The notes beneath the pieces are model-generated. The model made no database searches. It was not told the origin of the DNA and was given only the letters and a program-made list of their open reading frames with translations. DNA of 64,000 nucleotides from a virus. A program made the translations under genes and the position numbers. The stretch is from IMG/VR virus record IMGVR_UViG_3300045988_139374, positions 32,001 to 96,000 of that record, one strand, 5' to 3'. Below, piece after piece: positions 1 through 10,307 of the stretch (position 1 is its first letter; the number at the start of each line of letters is the position of its first letter).

Positions 1-984
1 TATTATAGAAAGGAATATCTGCATGAATTATCTGTTAACGGTAATAATGTCGATGACAATGATGACTTCAATGTAGATGATCCTAGCGATAACAATACAG
101 ATGAAAATAATACTGATGATCAAGAAAATGAAGAAGGTACGCCTTCAGATGCTACTGCAGATGATGCAGAAGCTGAAGATGATACTGATACTGCAGGTGC
201 AGAAGATCAAGGATCTGATGATAATACTGATGAAGACAATGAAGATAATTTTACTCTAGAAGATGATGACGATGGATCAATGGATGAAGGAGATAATACA
301 GAAGATGCAGATGAGCAATCTGATGATTTTACTGTAGATGACGATACTTCTGATACTGATACTCAGTCTGATGATCCTAATGAAGATACTCCAACAGATG
401 ATGGAGAAGATACTAATACTGGAGATTCTGATACAGATACCACTGATGACACTTCTGGAGATGATACAGGAGATTCAGGTGGTGATGATGGAGCAGATGA
501 TTTTACTGTAGATGGTGACTCTGGTGGAGACACTGGAGATGGAGGAGAATCTACAGATGATGGATCATCTGATTCTGGAGATACCTCTGGCAGTGATACT
601 TCCAATTCTTCTGGTGGAGGAGATCCTGCAGCAAAGATTCCAGATGATGAAGAACGTGCTGCAGAAGAAGCTATATATAATACACTTTCTGATGATGATA
701 AACTCAAGCGTATCATTAAGCTAAAAGAAAGTTTTAGAGATCTATATGATACTATCAATACCATTATCAATGCTGTCAATCATATTCCTAAAAGAGCTAA
801 TAATTTGGAGAAGATCCAGAAGACCCAAATTGCATTGAATAAGCTAAAGGAAATTATCGTAGACTACATCACTTATAATTTTGATAATAGAGCCTATATT
901 GATAATTATACTAATTATATCAAATTTATCGCTGCTCTAAGAACCGTTTCTGATGTCATTAGCTACATAAATTCTGATAAATAA
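1..984 (+). CDS. Highly acidic low-complexity protein, 5'-truncated by window edge (possible scaffold/internal protein)
   Basis: Frame 1 is open from nt 1 to the stop at 982-984. D/E/T/S/G-rich with reiterated DDF(T/N)VDD-like motifs, then a helical-looking C-terminal ~100 aa. Lies directly upstream of the candidate capsid gene. Confidence 0.6.
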   Translation, partial: YYRKEYLHELSVNGNNVDDNDDFNVDDPSDNNTDENNTDDQENEEGTPSDATADDAEAEDDTDTAGAEDQGSDDNTDEDNEDNFTLEDDDDGSMDEGDNTEDADEQSDDFTVDDDTSDTDTQSDDPNEDTPTDDGEDTNTGDSDTDTTDDTSGDDTGDSGGDDGADDFTVDGDSGGDTGDGGESTDDGSSDSGDTSGSDTSNSSGGGDPAAKIPDDEERAAEEAIYNTLSDDDKLKRIIKLKESFRDLYDTINTIINAVNHIPKRANNLEKIQKTQIALNKLKEIIVDYITYNFDNRAYIDNYTNYIKFIAALRTVSDVISYINSDK

Positions 985-1026
985 TCATTTATTATTAATT
1001 TATCGTAACTAATAAATAAAATATTT

Positions 1027-1050
1027 GCAAGAAACCTCTCTAATTCTTGC
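1027..1050 (+). terminator. Stem-loop after the acidic-protein gene (terminator or 5'-UTR hairpin)
   Basis: gcaagaa/ttcttgc 7-bp stem with a 10-nt loop, followed by ttatatcttt. Confidence 0.35.
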
Positions 1051-1157
1051 TTATATCTTTAAAACCCTTTATACAAAAAATAACTAAAATATTTTCGATT
1101 TACTATTTGTCACGTCCTTCAAATAGTAAGTCATAAATTATCAAGGAGGATAACCAA

Positions 1158-2912
1158 ATGCCTATCGGTGCTGTTAACTCTAAGACGGGCTTTGTGGGTG
1201 GTAGCTTTATGCGCGATCCCATGAGTGACTACACTCAGAGTTTTATTGATGTTGCAAAGAATATCCTTGAAGAGTCTAATCTGGATATTTTTGAGGATAC
1301 TAAAAAGATTCTTCGTCGTCCCGCAGAGAAGGAAGCTCTGAAGGAATTCTTCTGCGAGAATTTCATGGATGAAGATATTCGTGATCCCTTTGTCAAAGAT
1401 CCTGGTTACATCGAGGATCAGCATGCTATGATGGAGCAGCAGTTCGAGAACGATGCAGATGCCATTCTGGAGCATGCTTCCATGGCTGATTACAACCCCG
1501 TCATCGGTATGACTTTCCCTGTTCATAAGAACATTCTGATGAACATGGTCTTCGATAAGGGTGCAATCCAGAAGGTTGTTGCAGAGGGTCCCAAGTTCAC
1601 CATGACTATGGAGCGTCGTCTGCTGGTTGATACCAAGGGCAACGAGATTGATATGTTCCTGGATCAGAATAAGATGACTGCTGCCATCGATGAGTCTAAT
1701 CCTGTATACGAGATCGAGCTGACCCTGCCTGAGATGGGTGACACTGACGTTCTGAAGCAGTGTGGTGGCACCAAGCAGGATGATCTGTCTATTAAGACTC
1801 ATATTTCTGCTATCCAGATCGAGAAGCTGTACATTGCTGAGGGCGATATTATGCCCGATGCAGATGGTTTCATTCGTTCCAATGGTAAGATCGCTACCGC
1901 TGCTGATGTTGGTGAAGTCAGCAATGTCTGGTTCCCCACTAACATTCGCTTTGCTCCTGGCTACAACCAGTATGAGCGTACCTTTGTTGCTCCAATTGAG
2001 CTGATTGTCCGTAAGGATGCTGCTACGACTGAGAAGATCGCTGATTCTCTGACTGGTACCATGGACAAGAATGTCTTTACTATCTTCTCTGCTGCTGGCA
2101 AGATCAAGAAGGTTATGCTGGCTGCTGAGCTGGATACTGCTAATCACATGCTGGATACCTGCACTGTGAAGTGGGATACCTTCACTAAGCTGATTGAGAT
2201 CCCGAATGCTATTCCTCTGTCTGTTACCATCAGCCCTGAGGAAGTTAAGGATCTTGCTGCTCTGTACCAGGTTAACCAGCTGACCAAGATCATGTCTCTG
2301 CTGAAGACCACTCTGGCTAACTACAAGGATGACAAGATCAAGCAGTTCCTTGATGACTCCTACGAACGCCTTGACCCGAGAAGCAAGTCGTACATGGAGT
2401 TTGATTACGCTCCTCCCACGGGTTATGCTCTGGATCCGCTGACCTGGCGTCATTCGATGTTCTTCGATGCATTCGATACCGAGGTTACTCGTATGCTGCA
2501 GGTTCTGAATGATCCTAATATGGTCATTACTGTCTTCGGTGATCCTGATCTGGTTCGTAAGATTACTCCTGTTGAGTATTCCTACACTACTCCCAATACT
2601 ATTGGTGCAGTTGATCTGGATTACAAGCGTACCGTTGTTACCTCTGATAAGCGCATCTATCAGTTCATTGGTAGTGATAAGCTCCGCTGGTCCGATACAC
2701 TTGTTGTAATTTTGTGTCCGCATAACAGCAACCGCATGACTTACAGAATCTTTGATTATCAGATGTATGTCTCCAACGAGATTCGTAACGCTGCTAATCC
2801 GACTCTGCCTGCAGTCACTGCGTTTGAGCGCTTCCTAGTAGACGAGTATCAGCCCGTACAGGGTCACGTCGTCATTAAGAATAGAAGCGGATTCAAGCCG
2901 GCTCAACCGTAA
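1158..2912 (+). CDS. Very highly expressed 584-aa protein, candidate major capsid protein
   Basis: Strong RBS (aaggagg). Conspicuously GC3-rich codon usage (ctg, atc, acc, ggt) unlike neighbouring genes. Follows an acidic scaffold-like gene. No catalytic motifs seen. Confidence 0.45.
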   Translation: MPIGAVNSKTGFVGGSFMRDPMSDYTQSFIDVAKNILEESNLDIFEDTKKILRRPAEKEALKEFFCENFMDEDIRDPFVKDPGYIEDQHAMMEQQFENDADAILEHASMADYNPVIGMTFPVHKNILMNMVFDKGAIQKVVAEGPKFTMTMERRLLVDTKGNEIDMFLDQNKMTAAIDESNPVYEIELTLPEMGDTDVLKQCGGTKQDDLSIKTHISAIQIEKLYIAEGDIMPDADGFIRSNGKIATAADVGEVSNVWFPTNIRFAPGYNQYERTFVAPIELIVRKDAATTEKIADSLTGTMDKNVFTIFSAAGKIKKVMLAAELDTANHMLDTCTVKWDTFTKLIEIPNAIPLSVTISPEEVKDLAALYQVNQLTKIMSLLKTTLANYKDDKIKQFLDDSYERLDPRSKSYMEFDYAPPTGYALDPLTWRHSMFFDAFDTEVTRMLQVLNDPNMVITVFGDPDLVRKITPVEYSYTTPNTIGAVDLDYKRTVVTSDKRIYQFIGSDKLRWSDTLVVILCPHNSNRMTYRIFDYQMYVSNEIRNAANPTLPAVTAFERFLVDEYQPVQGHVVIKNRSGFKPAQP

Positions 2913-2961
2913 ATATTGCATGTTTACATCATTTGGAATTCTTAATATTTAACTAGTATAA

Positions 2962-2990
2962 TAGGGATAGGTTTTTATGGCCTATCCCTA
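2962..2990. terminator. Bidirectional terminator hairpin between convergent genes
   Basis: tagggatagg/cctatcccta 10-bp stem followed by a T-run. Confidence 0.6.
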
Positions 2991-2998
2991 TTTTTTAT

Positions 2999-4207
2999 TT
3001 ATTCTTTAATAGGTTTTCCATTATCATCTACAAAATAAATTGCATTTATAGGAATTTTTACATTTCCTTTGGAATCCATAATAGGAGTATTTAATGCATC
3101 TTCAATACTCATACCTTTATTAAGTCTATGGCAAGTTGTGTCTTGTGTAAATCCTCTAGCTCTATCCCAATCAGCACAGGTCATGGTAGTTCCATCATAT
3201 GTAATATATCTAATTCCTTGCGTTGCTGGTGTTGTTAATGCTCTATCAATATTCCATCCTTTTTTAATAATTCTATCATATAATAGATCATTACTGATAC
3301 CGGTAATAGATGACCATTCTTGAAGTGTATGAATTTCACCATAAGAGTTAGCTATTCTAATAAATTGATCATTAATTGCTGTATATAATGTTTGATATGC
3401 AGTCCATTGTTTATTTACATATCTATCATAGATAGTGGCATAAGGAATTCCTGTAATAGTTGACCATTCGGAAATCGTATGAGTTTCTCCATTATATTCA
3501 ATATAAATAGTATTTCTTTTATTATTTGCTTGCATTTTAGAATCTGCCCATCTACAATTATTAGGCTCATAATTACCATTTACATTAATTCTATCAATAG
3601 ACAATTCATCTGTATATCCATTAGCCATTGCCCAATTATAGAAATTAATAAATCCATTCTCACCTCTCCATGCATTGCATACTTTAATTCCTCTTCCGCC
3701 ATAATCCATATAATGATCATTATTTTTATTATAGCATCTATCGAGCATGTTTTTATATGTATTATAGATTCTAGTTCCATGCATTCCATGCTTTGTAGCT
3801 GCTTCTACAATAGCGCATCCACAAGATTTAGTATGGCCATTACGAAGACTATGCCCTCTTACGATACACTCATTACCACAAAGGCATTTACATTTCCAGC
3901 ATACATGCTTTTCTCCATTCTTATCAATATAATCATCAGCTCTTTCTATTACCGTAAGTTTACCAAAAGTTTGTCCGGTTAAATCTTTTAATTTATTTGC
4001 AGATTGACACCCACAATGCCAAGCATGACCATTTCTTAATAAATTACCAGGAACGCTTCTCAATCCACCACATTGGCATCGACAAATCCAGCGAGCGACG
4101 TGTTTTCCAGTCTTAGGTTGAATATAATCATTTTCATCTCTCCTTAATACTGTTAACATACCATATTGCTTCCCGGTTAAATCAGTTGTAGTGTAATTAG
4201 TTCGCAT
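2999..4207 (-). CDS. Homing-endonuclease-like protein (Cys-cluster + YGGRGI/DRIN..NCRW family), free-standing
   Basis: Two N-terminal modules of the form G.xFG.LTV..W.C.C.CG...L..G.T.SCGC. Core is MLDRCYN..YGGRGIKVC..W..F.NF..W, followed by SIDRINVNGNYEPNNCRWA. Three C-terminal GE(T/I)HT(I/L).EW..ITGI repeats. RBS aaggagg. Confidence 0.6.
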   Translation of the reverse strand: MRTNYTTTDLTGKQYGMLTVLRRDENDYIQPKTGKHVARWICRCQCGGLRSVPGNLLRNGHAWHCGCQSANKLKDLTGQTFGKLTVIERADDYIDKNGEKHVCWKCKCLCGNECIVRGHSLRNGHTKSCGCAIVEAATKHGMHGTRIYNTYKNMLDRCYNKNNDHYMDYGGRGIKVCNAWRGENGFINFYNWAMANGYTDELSIDRINVNGNYEPNNCRWADSKMQANNKRNTIYIEYNGETHTISEWSTITGIPYATIYDRYVNKQWTAYQTLYTAINDQFIRIANSYGEIHTLQEWSSITGISNDLLYDRIIKKGWNIDRALTTPATQGIRYITYDGTTMTCADWDRARGFTQDTTCHRLNKGMSIEDALNTPIMDSKGNVKIPINAIYFVDDNGKPIKE

Positions 4208-4332
4208 AATATTGCCTCCTTAAATTATAAAAGTATTATTATGTATACATTATAATAAAATATTAATGCGGATCCATGAGTATCTTACCGGTTCAATGCA
4301 ACGTAGTAGAACAGGCTGATATTCATGATCAA

Positions 4333-4345
4333 TTAATATAATAAA
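4333..4345 (+). promoter_or_regulatory. Variant of the early promoter-like motif
   Basis: tcaattaatataataaat resembles tcaattagatataataaat at 58290. Lies 20 nt upstream of the RBS of the 4366 gene. Confidence 0.3.
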
Positions 4346-4365
4346 TTATTTGGAGGATTATAACT

Positions 4366-5289
4366 ATGGCACTTACTAAAATTAAAATTGGAGATCGATT
4401 TGGAAGGCTAACTGTAATAGGTTATGCTGGACATGAAAGAAGTAAAAATGGATCTAGCAAGTTATTAATTAAATGCAAATGTGATTGTGGTAATGTTATT
4501 ATTACTAGATCAAATAATTTAACTAGAGGAGATACTAAATCTTGTGGATGCTATAGTAAAGAAGTAGCTAGAGAAATCCATTTAGGAAAAGCTTATAACT
4601 ATAAGCATGGAGGTACGATGTACAATTCTAGATTGTATAAAGTATATATAACCATGCATCAAAGATGTGAGAATCCTAATTGCGATCATTATGATAGATA
4701 TGGCGGTAGAGGAATTTATGTATGTAAAGAATGGTCTGGAGAAAATGGATTTTCTAATTTTAGAGAATGGGCTATGAATAATGGATATAATCCTGATGCT
4801 CCAAAAGGTGAATGCACAATCAATAGAATTGATAATGATGGGCCTTATTCTCCTGATAATTGTAAATGGGCTAATATGAAAACTCAAATGAATAATTATA
4901 TTACATGTAATGGAGAAACTCATACACTTCAAGAATGGGCCGATAAAAATAATATAAATTTTAGTACTATTGAAAATAGACTTCATAGCGGATGGCCTAT
5001 TGAAAAAGCATTATTCACACCAGCTGAAAAGAATATTACATATATTGATTATAATGGAAATAATTATTCTGTTGCTGAATGGTGTTATATCTTTGGCATT
5101 GCTCAAACTACTATATCTACAAGAATAAAAAAATATGGAATGGATGATCCACATAAGATTTTGCTATATAATAATGGATATAAAAACCAAACTCCTGTGA
5201 ATGCAATTTATTTTGTAGATGAGAATGAACGACCTATTAATCAGCAGGATTATGCTAATGGAGTTAGAGTTGGAAGGAAAGCTTACTAA
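4366..5289 (+). CDS. Homing-endonuclease-like protein, same paralog family, free-standing
   Basis: One Cys-cluster module ([19 protein letters not shown]). Core [46 protein letters not shown]. Two C-terminal HTH-like repeats. Confidence 0.6.
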   Translation: MALTKIKIGDRFGRLTVIGYAGHERSKNGSSKLLIKCKCDCGNVIITRSNNLTRGDTKSCGCYSKEVAREIHLGKAYNYKHGGTMYNSRLYKVYITMHQRCENPNCDHYDRYGGRGIYVCKEWSGENGFSNFREWAMNNGYNPDAPKGECTINRIDNDGPYSPDNCKWANMKTQMNNYITCNGETHTLQEWADKNNINFSTIENRLHSGWPIEKALFTPAEKNITYIDYNGNNYSVAEWCYIFGIAQTTISTRIKKYGMDDPHKILLYNNGYKNQTPVNAIYFVDENERPINQQDYANGVRVGRKAY

Positions 5290-5310
5290 TACTATTGGAG
5301 GCAAAATATT

Positions 5311-6816
5311 ATGGAAGATAATTCGCAAATTCTTAAATTAATGAGAATGATGAATAACACACCGAAATATTGGATTTTATCGCCAGATGCTGTTATGACT
5401 GGATCGTATGATGATGGGCGTCCTTTACTTCCACCAGGAGAAGCATTTGAAAATAAAATAGTTTTAACCAATCCTAAAGATAATCCATCTATTCTCTGTG
5501 AATATATATGTGAGAAATGTTCCGATGGATGCTATAAATGGGAATATATTGGTACATGGGATAATAATCTAGATCTTTTAGATTTGGATTTGGACAAAGA
5601 ATATGATAGCCATGGCCATCATAATGAAAATCTTGAATACAATAATCCAATATTAGAGTTCAGACAAAAAGTTAAAAATGATGATATGGATCGTGATGAT
5701 ATTGTAAGACTATTCATGAAAATGCAATCTCAATTGGAAAAATATATTCTCCATATTGATACTGAATATGAATCTTTGGCTGTTAAAATTCAAAGTTTTC
5801 CAAAGATTGATGAGTATGATAAATATCTTTATCGAGATGATGATGGAAATATTAGTATCATAGATTATAATGATAATTTGGGATATCATCAATTCACTTT
5901 ATTCAATCTAAAAGATTGTGATAAATTTAGAGAAAATACTATTCTTTCTGCAGATCTTGATATAAATGAATTTAGATCTAAAATTAGATCTTCTTCTGGA
6001 TATTCAAATAAGGTTGATATTTTCCAATATTTTGATTGGTATCACCATTTGAAATTTGCTGGAAAGAGTAATAATAAAGATGATAAACCTTTGATTAAGG
6101 CATCTAGAGATACTACTGATTATCTTTATATTACAGAATATAAAGATACTAAAGAGCATCTTTACCAAGTTTTTTGCACATTTAAAAATATCCATAATGA
6201 TTATTATTGGGAATTCATCTGCAATGTAAATGATTGCAAACCGTATATAGAGCATGAAATAGAGAAGCATATAGAGATAGAGAAAAAGAGAGAAATGATT
6301 CTTGAATTTCAGAGGGAGCAGCAAGAAGAAAAATCAACCTATCAAGATAGTAAATACGATTGGACGCGATATTCTGCTGGATTAAATAATAAAGAGGCTG
6401 AAATTAATAATCGTATTTTCAATAATGCATCTACTGAAAATATTGGTCATGATAAAGAAGATATCGATATGATTCTTACAAATTCTTCTACATCTACTGT
6501 AAATTGTTCTAGCTCTATTTCTAAGAGGTTGAAATATATAGAAATGAAACAAAAGAAGCATGGCACAATCACGTCTCAGAATATTACTATTACTGGAAAT
6601 TATAATTATACAGTTGGAATTTCTATGAATCAGGCAGGAGGAGATGATTGTGAGCAATCCCAAACTGTAGTAATCAAAAATCCAAAATCTGAAAAGAAGA
6701 AAGAAAAGAAGGAATCTGTATTTGGGGTCTTGCATCATGCTCTAATCAACTTAGCGAAAATTATAGAGCGCTATACTCGATATTTGCTTGATCACTGCAT
6801 GGATAATTTCTTCTAA
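5311..6816 (+). CDS. Hypothetical protein (501 aa)
   Basis: Long ORF with RBS ttggagg. No motif recognised. Confidence 0.6.
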   Translation: MEDNSQILKLMRMMNNTPKYWILSPDAVMTGSYDDGRPLLPPGEAFENKIVLTNPKDNPSILCEYICEKCSDGCYKWEYIGTWDNNLDLLDLDLDKEYDSHGHHNENLEYNNPILEFRQKVKNDDMDRDDIVRLFMKMQSQLEKYILHIDTEYESLAVKIQSFPKIDEYDKYLYRDDDGNISIIDYNDNLGYHQFTLFNLKDCDKFRENTILSADLDINEFRSKIRSSSGYSNKVDIFQYFDWYHHLKFAGKSNNKDDKPLIKASRDTTDYLYITEYKDTKEHLYQVFCTFKNIHNDYYWEFICNVNDCKPYIEHEIEKHIEIEKKREMILEFQREQQEEKSTYQDSKYDWTRYSAGLNNKEAEINNRIFNNASTENIGHDKEDIDMILTNSSTSTVNCSSSISKRLKYIEMKQKKHGTITSQNITITGNYNYTVGISMNQAGGDDCEQSQTVVIKNPKSEKKKEKKESVFGVLHHALINLAKIIERYTRYLLDHCMDNFF

Positions 6817-6835
6817 TCAAAATTTAAGATTGAAT

Positions 6836-6847
6836 AGATATTATAAT
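6836..6847 (+). promoter_or_regulatory. Early promoter-like motif AGATATTATAAT
   Basis: Exact 12-mer recurring in intergenic regions. Followed at 6851-6877 by the hairpin gagagtaagag/ctcttactctc. Confidence 0.55.
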
Positions 6848-6905
6848 AATGAGAGTAAGAGAAAAACTCTTACTCTCAATTTTAATAAAAGGAGATAAAA
6901 AGAAA

Positions 6906-7415
6906 ATGGTTTACGTAGCAAATGATGGAAGATACATTATCAAGGATAGAAGTATCACAAATTCAACGGATCTTCCTGGGAATATTGAGATTACTTATCC
7001 TATGGATAATTTTCCATGTGACGATTTAATTGCTCCTGCAGTTGCTGAGCTTCTTAAGAGAGGATATCAGACTAAGTATTGCTGCCAAGGGCATATAGCT
7101 CCTGATTTAGTAAATGATATTTCTACAGTGCACGGAACTGATATTCCTATTGTAGAAAATTTTGAAGTATTCTCTGCTTCTAATATGTGTGTTCCTTATA
7201 TCATGTTTGAGAAATCTGTTATTAGGCATGATCTTTATAATCTTCCTTCTAGTTGGGAAATTAGAAAAGGTAAGATGCATGGATGCATTACTATTGAAGC
7301 AAAGATCGATAATAATATTGGAGATCATTATGAATTCTTTACTTTTCATAGAAGAGCTATTGAATGTGCAGAAGATCTTTATAAATGGGCTTGTGGATTG
7401 GAGTGGAGAAAATGA
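6906..7415 (+). CDS. Hypothetical protein
   Basis: ATG at 6906 is preceded by aaaaggag. The upstream in-frame ATG at 6849 lies inside the 5' hairpin. Confidence 0.55.
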   Translation: MVYVANDGRYIIKDRSITNSTDLPGNIEITYPMDNFPCDDLIAPAVAELLKRGYQTKYCCQGHIAPDLVNDISTVHGTDIPIVENFEVFSASNMCVPYIMFEKSVIRHDLYNLPSSWEIRKGKMHGCITIEAKIDNNIGDHYEFFTFHRRAIECAEDLYKWACGLEWRK

Positions 7416-8029
7416 GACCTTTAGTGTATAATGATGATGGACGTATGATTACTCAAGAAGAATATGAGCAGATTCATAATAACGATGCATCAGTTCCTGT
7501 AGATGATCCTGTAATGGGATTATTTGTTCCATTCTTTGAAAAACTTGGAGTTAGATGTAAAGTTGTTGGAGATCTTAGCTTTGGCCAATATGTGGAAAAA
7601 CAAGAAATCTATAATCATGATGGATGGATTTATATTCCTTATCTGATTCTTGATACTAACTATGGAGAAAATCCTGAGTTTGTTTCCAAAATGGAAAATA
7701 TGCTTAAAAGTTCTACCAATACTGATATCTTTGATCAGATGGAACAGTATCTGAAAGGAAAGTATACCACTTCTAATAAAGTTTGGGAGTTAGAAGATAC
7801 TGCAGATGAAAATTCTAAATTCCATGTAGTAATCGATGCATATGGAAATACACATGGCCAGCATGATAGATATGTTCTTAAACTTCATATGACAGACGAT
7901 GTTAGACTCGGATTAATTAATTTTAGTAATAATACAGATCTTTATTATAAACTTGCTGCTATTATTACTGACATCAGTATTCTTATGAAGATGCTAGTAG
8001 AAACATTCGAAGACAAGAAAAAAGAATAA
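7412..8029 (+). CDS. Hypothetical protein, weak paralog of the preceding gene
   Basis: ATGA start/stop overlap with the upstream gene. Shares a DD.....(L)G......PY(I/L) pattern with the 6906 product. Confidence 0.55.
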   Translation: MRPLVYNDDGRMITQEEYEQIHNNDASVPVDDPVMGLFVPFFEKLGVRCKVVGDLSFGQYVEKQEIYNHDGWIYIPYLILDTNYGENPEFVSKMENMLKSSTNTDIFDQMEQYLKGKYTTSNKVWELEDTADENSKFHVVIDAYGNTHGQHDRYVLKLHMTDDVRLGLINFSNNTDLYYKLAAIITDISILMKMLVETFEDKKKE

Positions 8030-8042
8030 TATCTAATAATAA

Positions 8043-8066
8043 AGTCAGAGAGTAAAATCTCTGACT
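8043..8066 (+). terminator. Rho-independent terminator
   Basis: agtcagaga/tctctgact stem followed by ttatttttt. Confidence 0.6.
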
Positions 8067-8167
8067 TTATTTTTTCTCTATTTTTGATTTTGCTCTCTAG
8101 CTGAACTTAATATTAATCCGACTCTGAATGTCGAAAAGAATTTTTATTTTAGGAGGAAATATTAACA

Positions 8168-10307
8168 ATGGCTGAAATTAAAAATGTTGTAAAGAGGAAT
8201 GGTCAAATCGTCAAGTTTGATCAGACAAAGATCCTAAATGCCATTACAAAAGCAAATAACTCCGTTCCTGAATCAGAAAGACTGTCTGCTGATAAGATTT
8301 CTGAAATTACTAGCACTGTTGTAAATGAATGTGCTAAGAGCACTGAAAATATTGGCGTAGAAGATATCCAGGATATGGTTGAGACCGGTATCATGGAAGC
8401 TGGCGCATTTGCTGTAGCTAAGCATTATATTACATATAGATTTCAGCACAGCCAGATTCGTCAAAAAAATACTACTGATGATAAAATTCTTTCGTTGGTT
8501 GGTCTGAATAATAAAGAGGCCAAGAGCGAGAATTCTAATAAAAATCCTGTCATTAATTCTACTCAGAGAGATTATATGGCAGGTGAAGTTTCTAGAGATC
8601 TTACTCATAGATATTTACTTCCTCAGATTGTTCTTGATGCATGGAATGAAGGTGCTATTCACTTCCATGACAGTGACTATTATAGCCAACATATGCATAA
8701 CTGCGATTTAATAAATCTCGATGATATGTTAAAAAATGGCACTGTTATCACAGGAACTCTTATTGAACCTCCTCATAGTTTCTCCACAGCATGTAACATT
8801 GCTACTCAGATTATTGCTCAAGTAGCATCTAATCAATACGGTGGACAAAGTATTTCTTTGACTCATCTTGCTCCTTTTGTTGACATTAATAGAAAGAAAA
8901 TTCGTAAAGAAGTTATTGCTGAGCATGAAGAAATTGGAGTTTCTATTTCTGATGATGAAGTTAATAGAATTACTGAGATGCGTCTGAAAAAAGAAGTTCA
9001 ACGTGGTGTTCAGACTATTCAGTATCAGGTTGTCACTCTTCTTACAACCAATGGTCAAGCTCCTTTCATTACTGTTTTCATGTATCTGAATGAAGCTAGA
9101 AATGAGCAAGAGAAAAAAGATCTTGCAATGATCATTGAAGAGACTCTGAAGCAGCGTTATCAAGGTGTTAAGAATGAATGTGGCGTTTGGGTTACTCCTG
9201 CATTTCCTAAACTGGTTTATGTTCTAGAAGAAAATAATATTACAGAGGATTCTCCTTACTGGTATCTAACTGAGCTTGCTGCTAAGTGTACAGCTAAGAG
9301 AATGGTTCCTGATTATCTGTCCGAAAAGAAGATGCTCGAACTAAAAGGTGATGTATTTACTCCTATGGGATGCAGATCTTTCCTTACTCCTGATAGATTT
9401 AGCAATAAACTTGGCAATATTGCAAATGCTGGTAATTATGAACCTGGTAAGCATAAATACTATGGAAGATTTAATCAGGGTGTTGTAACTATCAATCTTC
9501 CTTATATTGCAATGCTATCTCATAGAGATATGAATAAATTCTGGGAAATTTTTGATAAGTATTTGGATATCTGTCATACTGGACTTCGTTGTCGCCATGA
9601 AAGACTTCTTGGGACACCTTCTGATGTAGCTCCTATCCTTTGGCAGTATGGAGCACTAGCACGTCTTAAGAAAGGTGAAACTATTGATAAACTTCTTTAT
9701 GATGGATACTCTACTCTTTCTCTTGGATATGCAGGCCTTTACGAATGTACTGTTTATATGACTGGTAAATCTCATACAGATCCTGAAGGCGAACCTTTTG
9801 CTATTCAGGTTATGCAGCATATGAATGATAAGACTGCTGAGTGGAAAGCTGCTGAGAATATTGATTACTCGCTTTACGGAACTCCTATGGAGAGTACCAC
9901 ACAAACATTTGCAAAAGCTCTTAAGAAGTTCGAAATTGTACCTAATGTGAATGATCATAATTATATAACAAATTCTTACCATTGTTGTGTACGGGAGCAT
10001 ATGGATATCTTCAAAAAGCTTCATTTCGAATCTAAGTTTCAGGAGATGTCCCCAGGCGGAGCAATCAGCTATGGAGAGGTCCCAGACATGAAAGACAATA
10101 TTGATGCTGTACTTAAAGTATTGCAATATATTTATGATACTATCATTTATGCAGAGCTTAATACTAAGAGTGATTATTGCCAGTGTTGTGGATATGATGG
10201 AGAAATTGAAATTGTAAAGGATGATAAGGGAGAACTTATTTGGAAATGCCCTAATTGTGGTAACACTGATCAGAATAAGATGAATGTCGCAAGACGTACT
10301 TGTGGGT
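8168..10307 (+). CDS. nrdD: Anaerobic ribonucleoside-triphosphate reductase, exon 1
   Basis: N-terminal ATP-cone-like VVKRNGQIVKFD. C-terminal Zn ribbon CQCCG...CPNCG. The ORF runs into ...RRTCG and then stops inside the glycyl-radical motif. Confidence 0.9.

Noticed and set aside
1131-2723. 530-aa ORF on the minus strand, antisense to the 1158-2912 gene. Similar long antisense or alternate-frame ORFs occur at 363-779, 21142-21948, 38770-39789, 43900-44460, 44509-44838, 45375-45803 and 46036-46806.
   Set aside because: They have no RBS and low-complexity L/S/I-rich translations. They appear only opposite genes with GC3-rich codon usage, where stop codons are depleted in the antisense frames. 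They are shadow ORFs.
4270-4330. Imperfect inverted repeat gatccatgagtatc ... gatattcatgatc flanking a relatively GC-rich 33-nt core, between the two divergent endonuclease-like genes.
   Set aside because: The arms are short and imperfect and there is no second copy in the window. This is insufficient to call an operator or a mobile-element end.
6906-8029. Weak similarity between the two adjacent ORFs (DD...(L)G......PY(I/L) pattern), suggesting a tandem duplication with a CCQGH motif in the first.
   Set aside because: The similarity is too weak to judge by eye and no function can be attached. It is noted only in the feature evidence.
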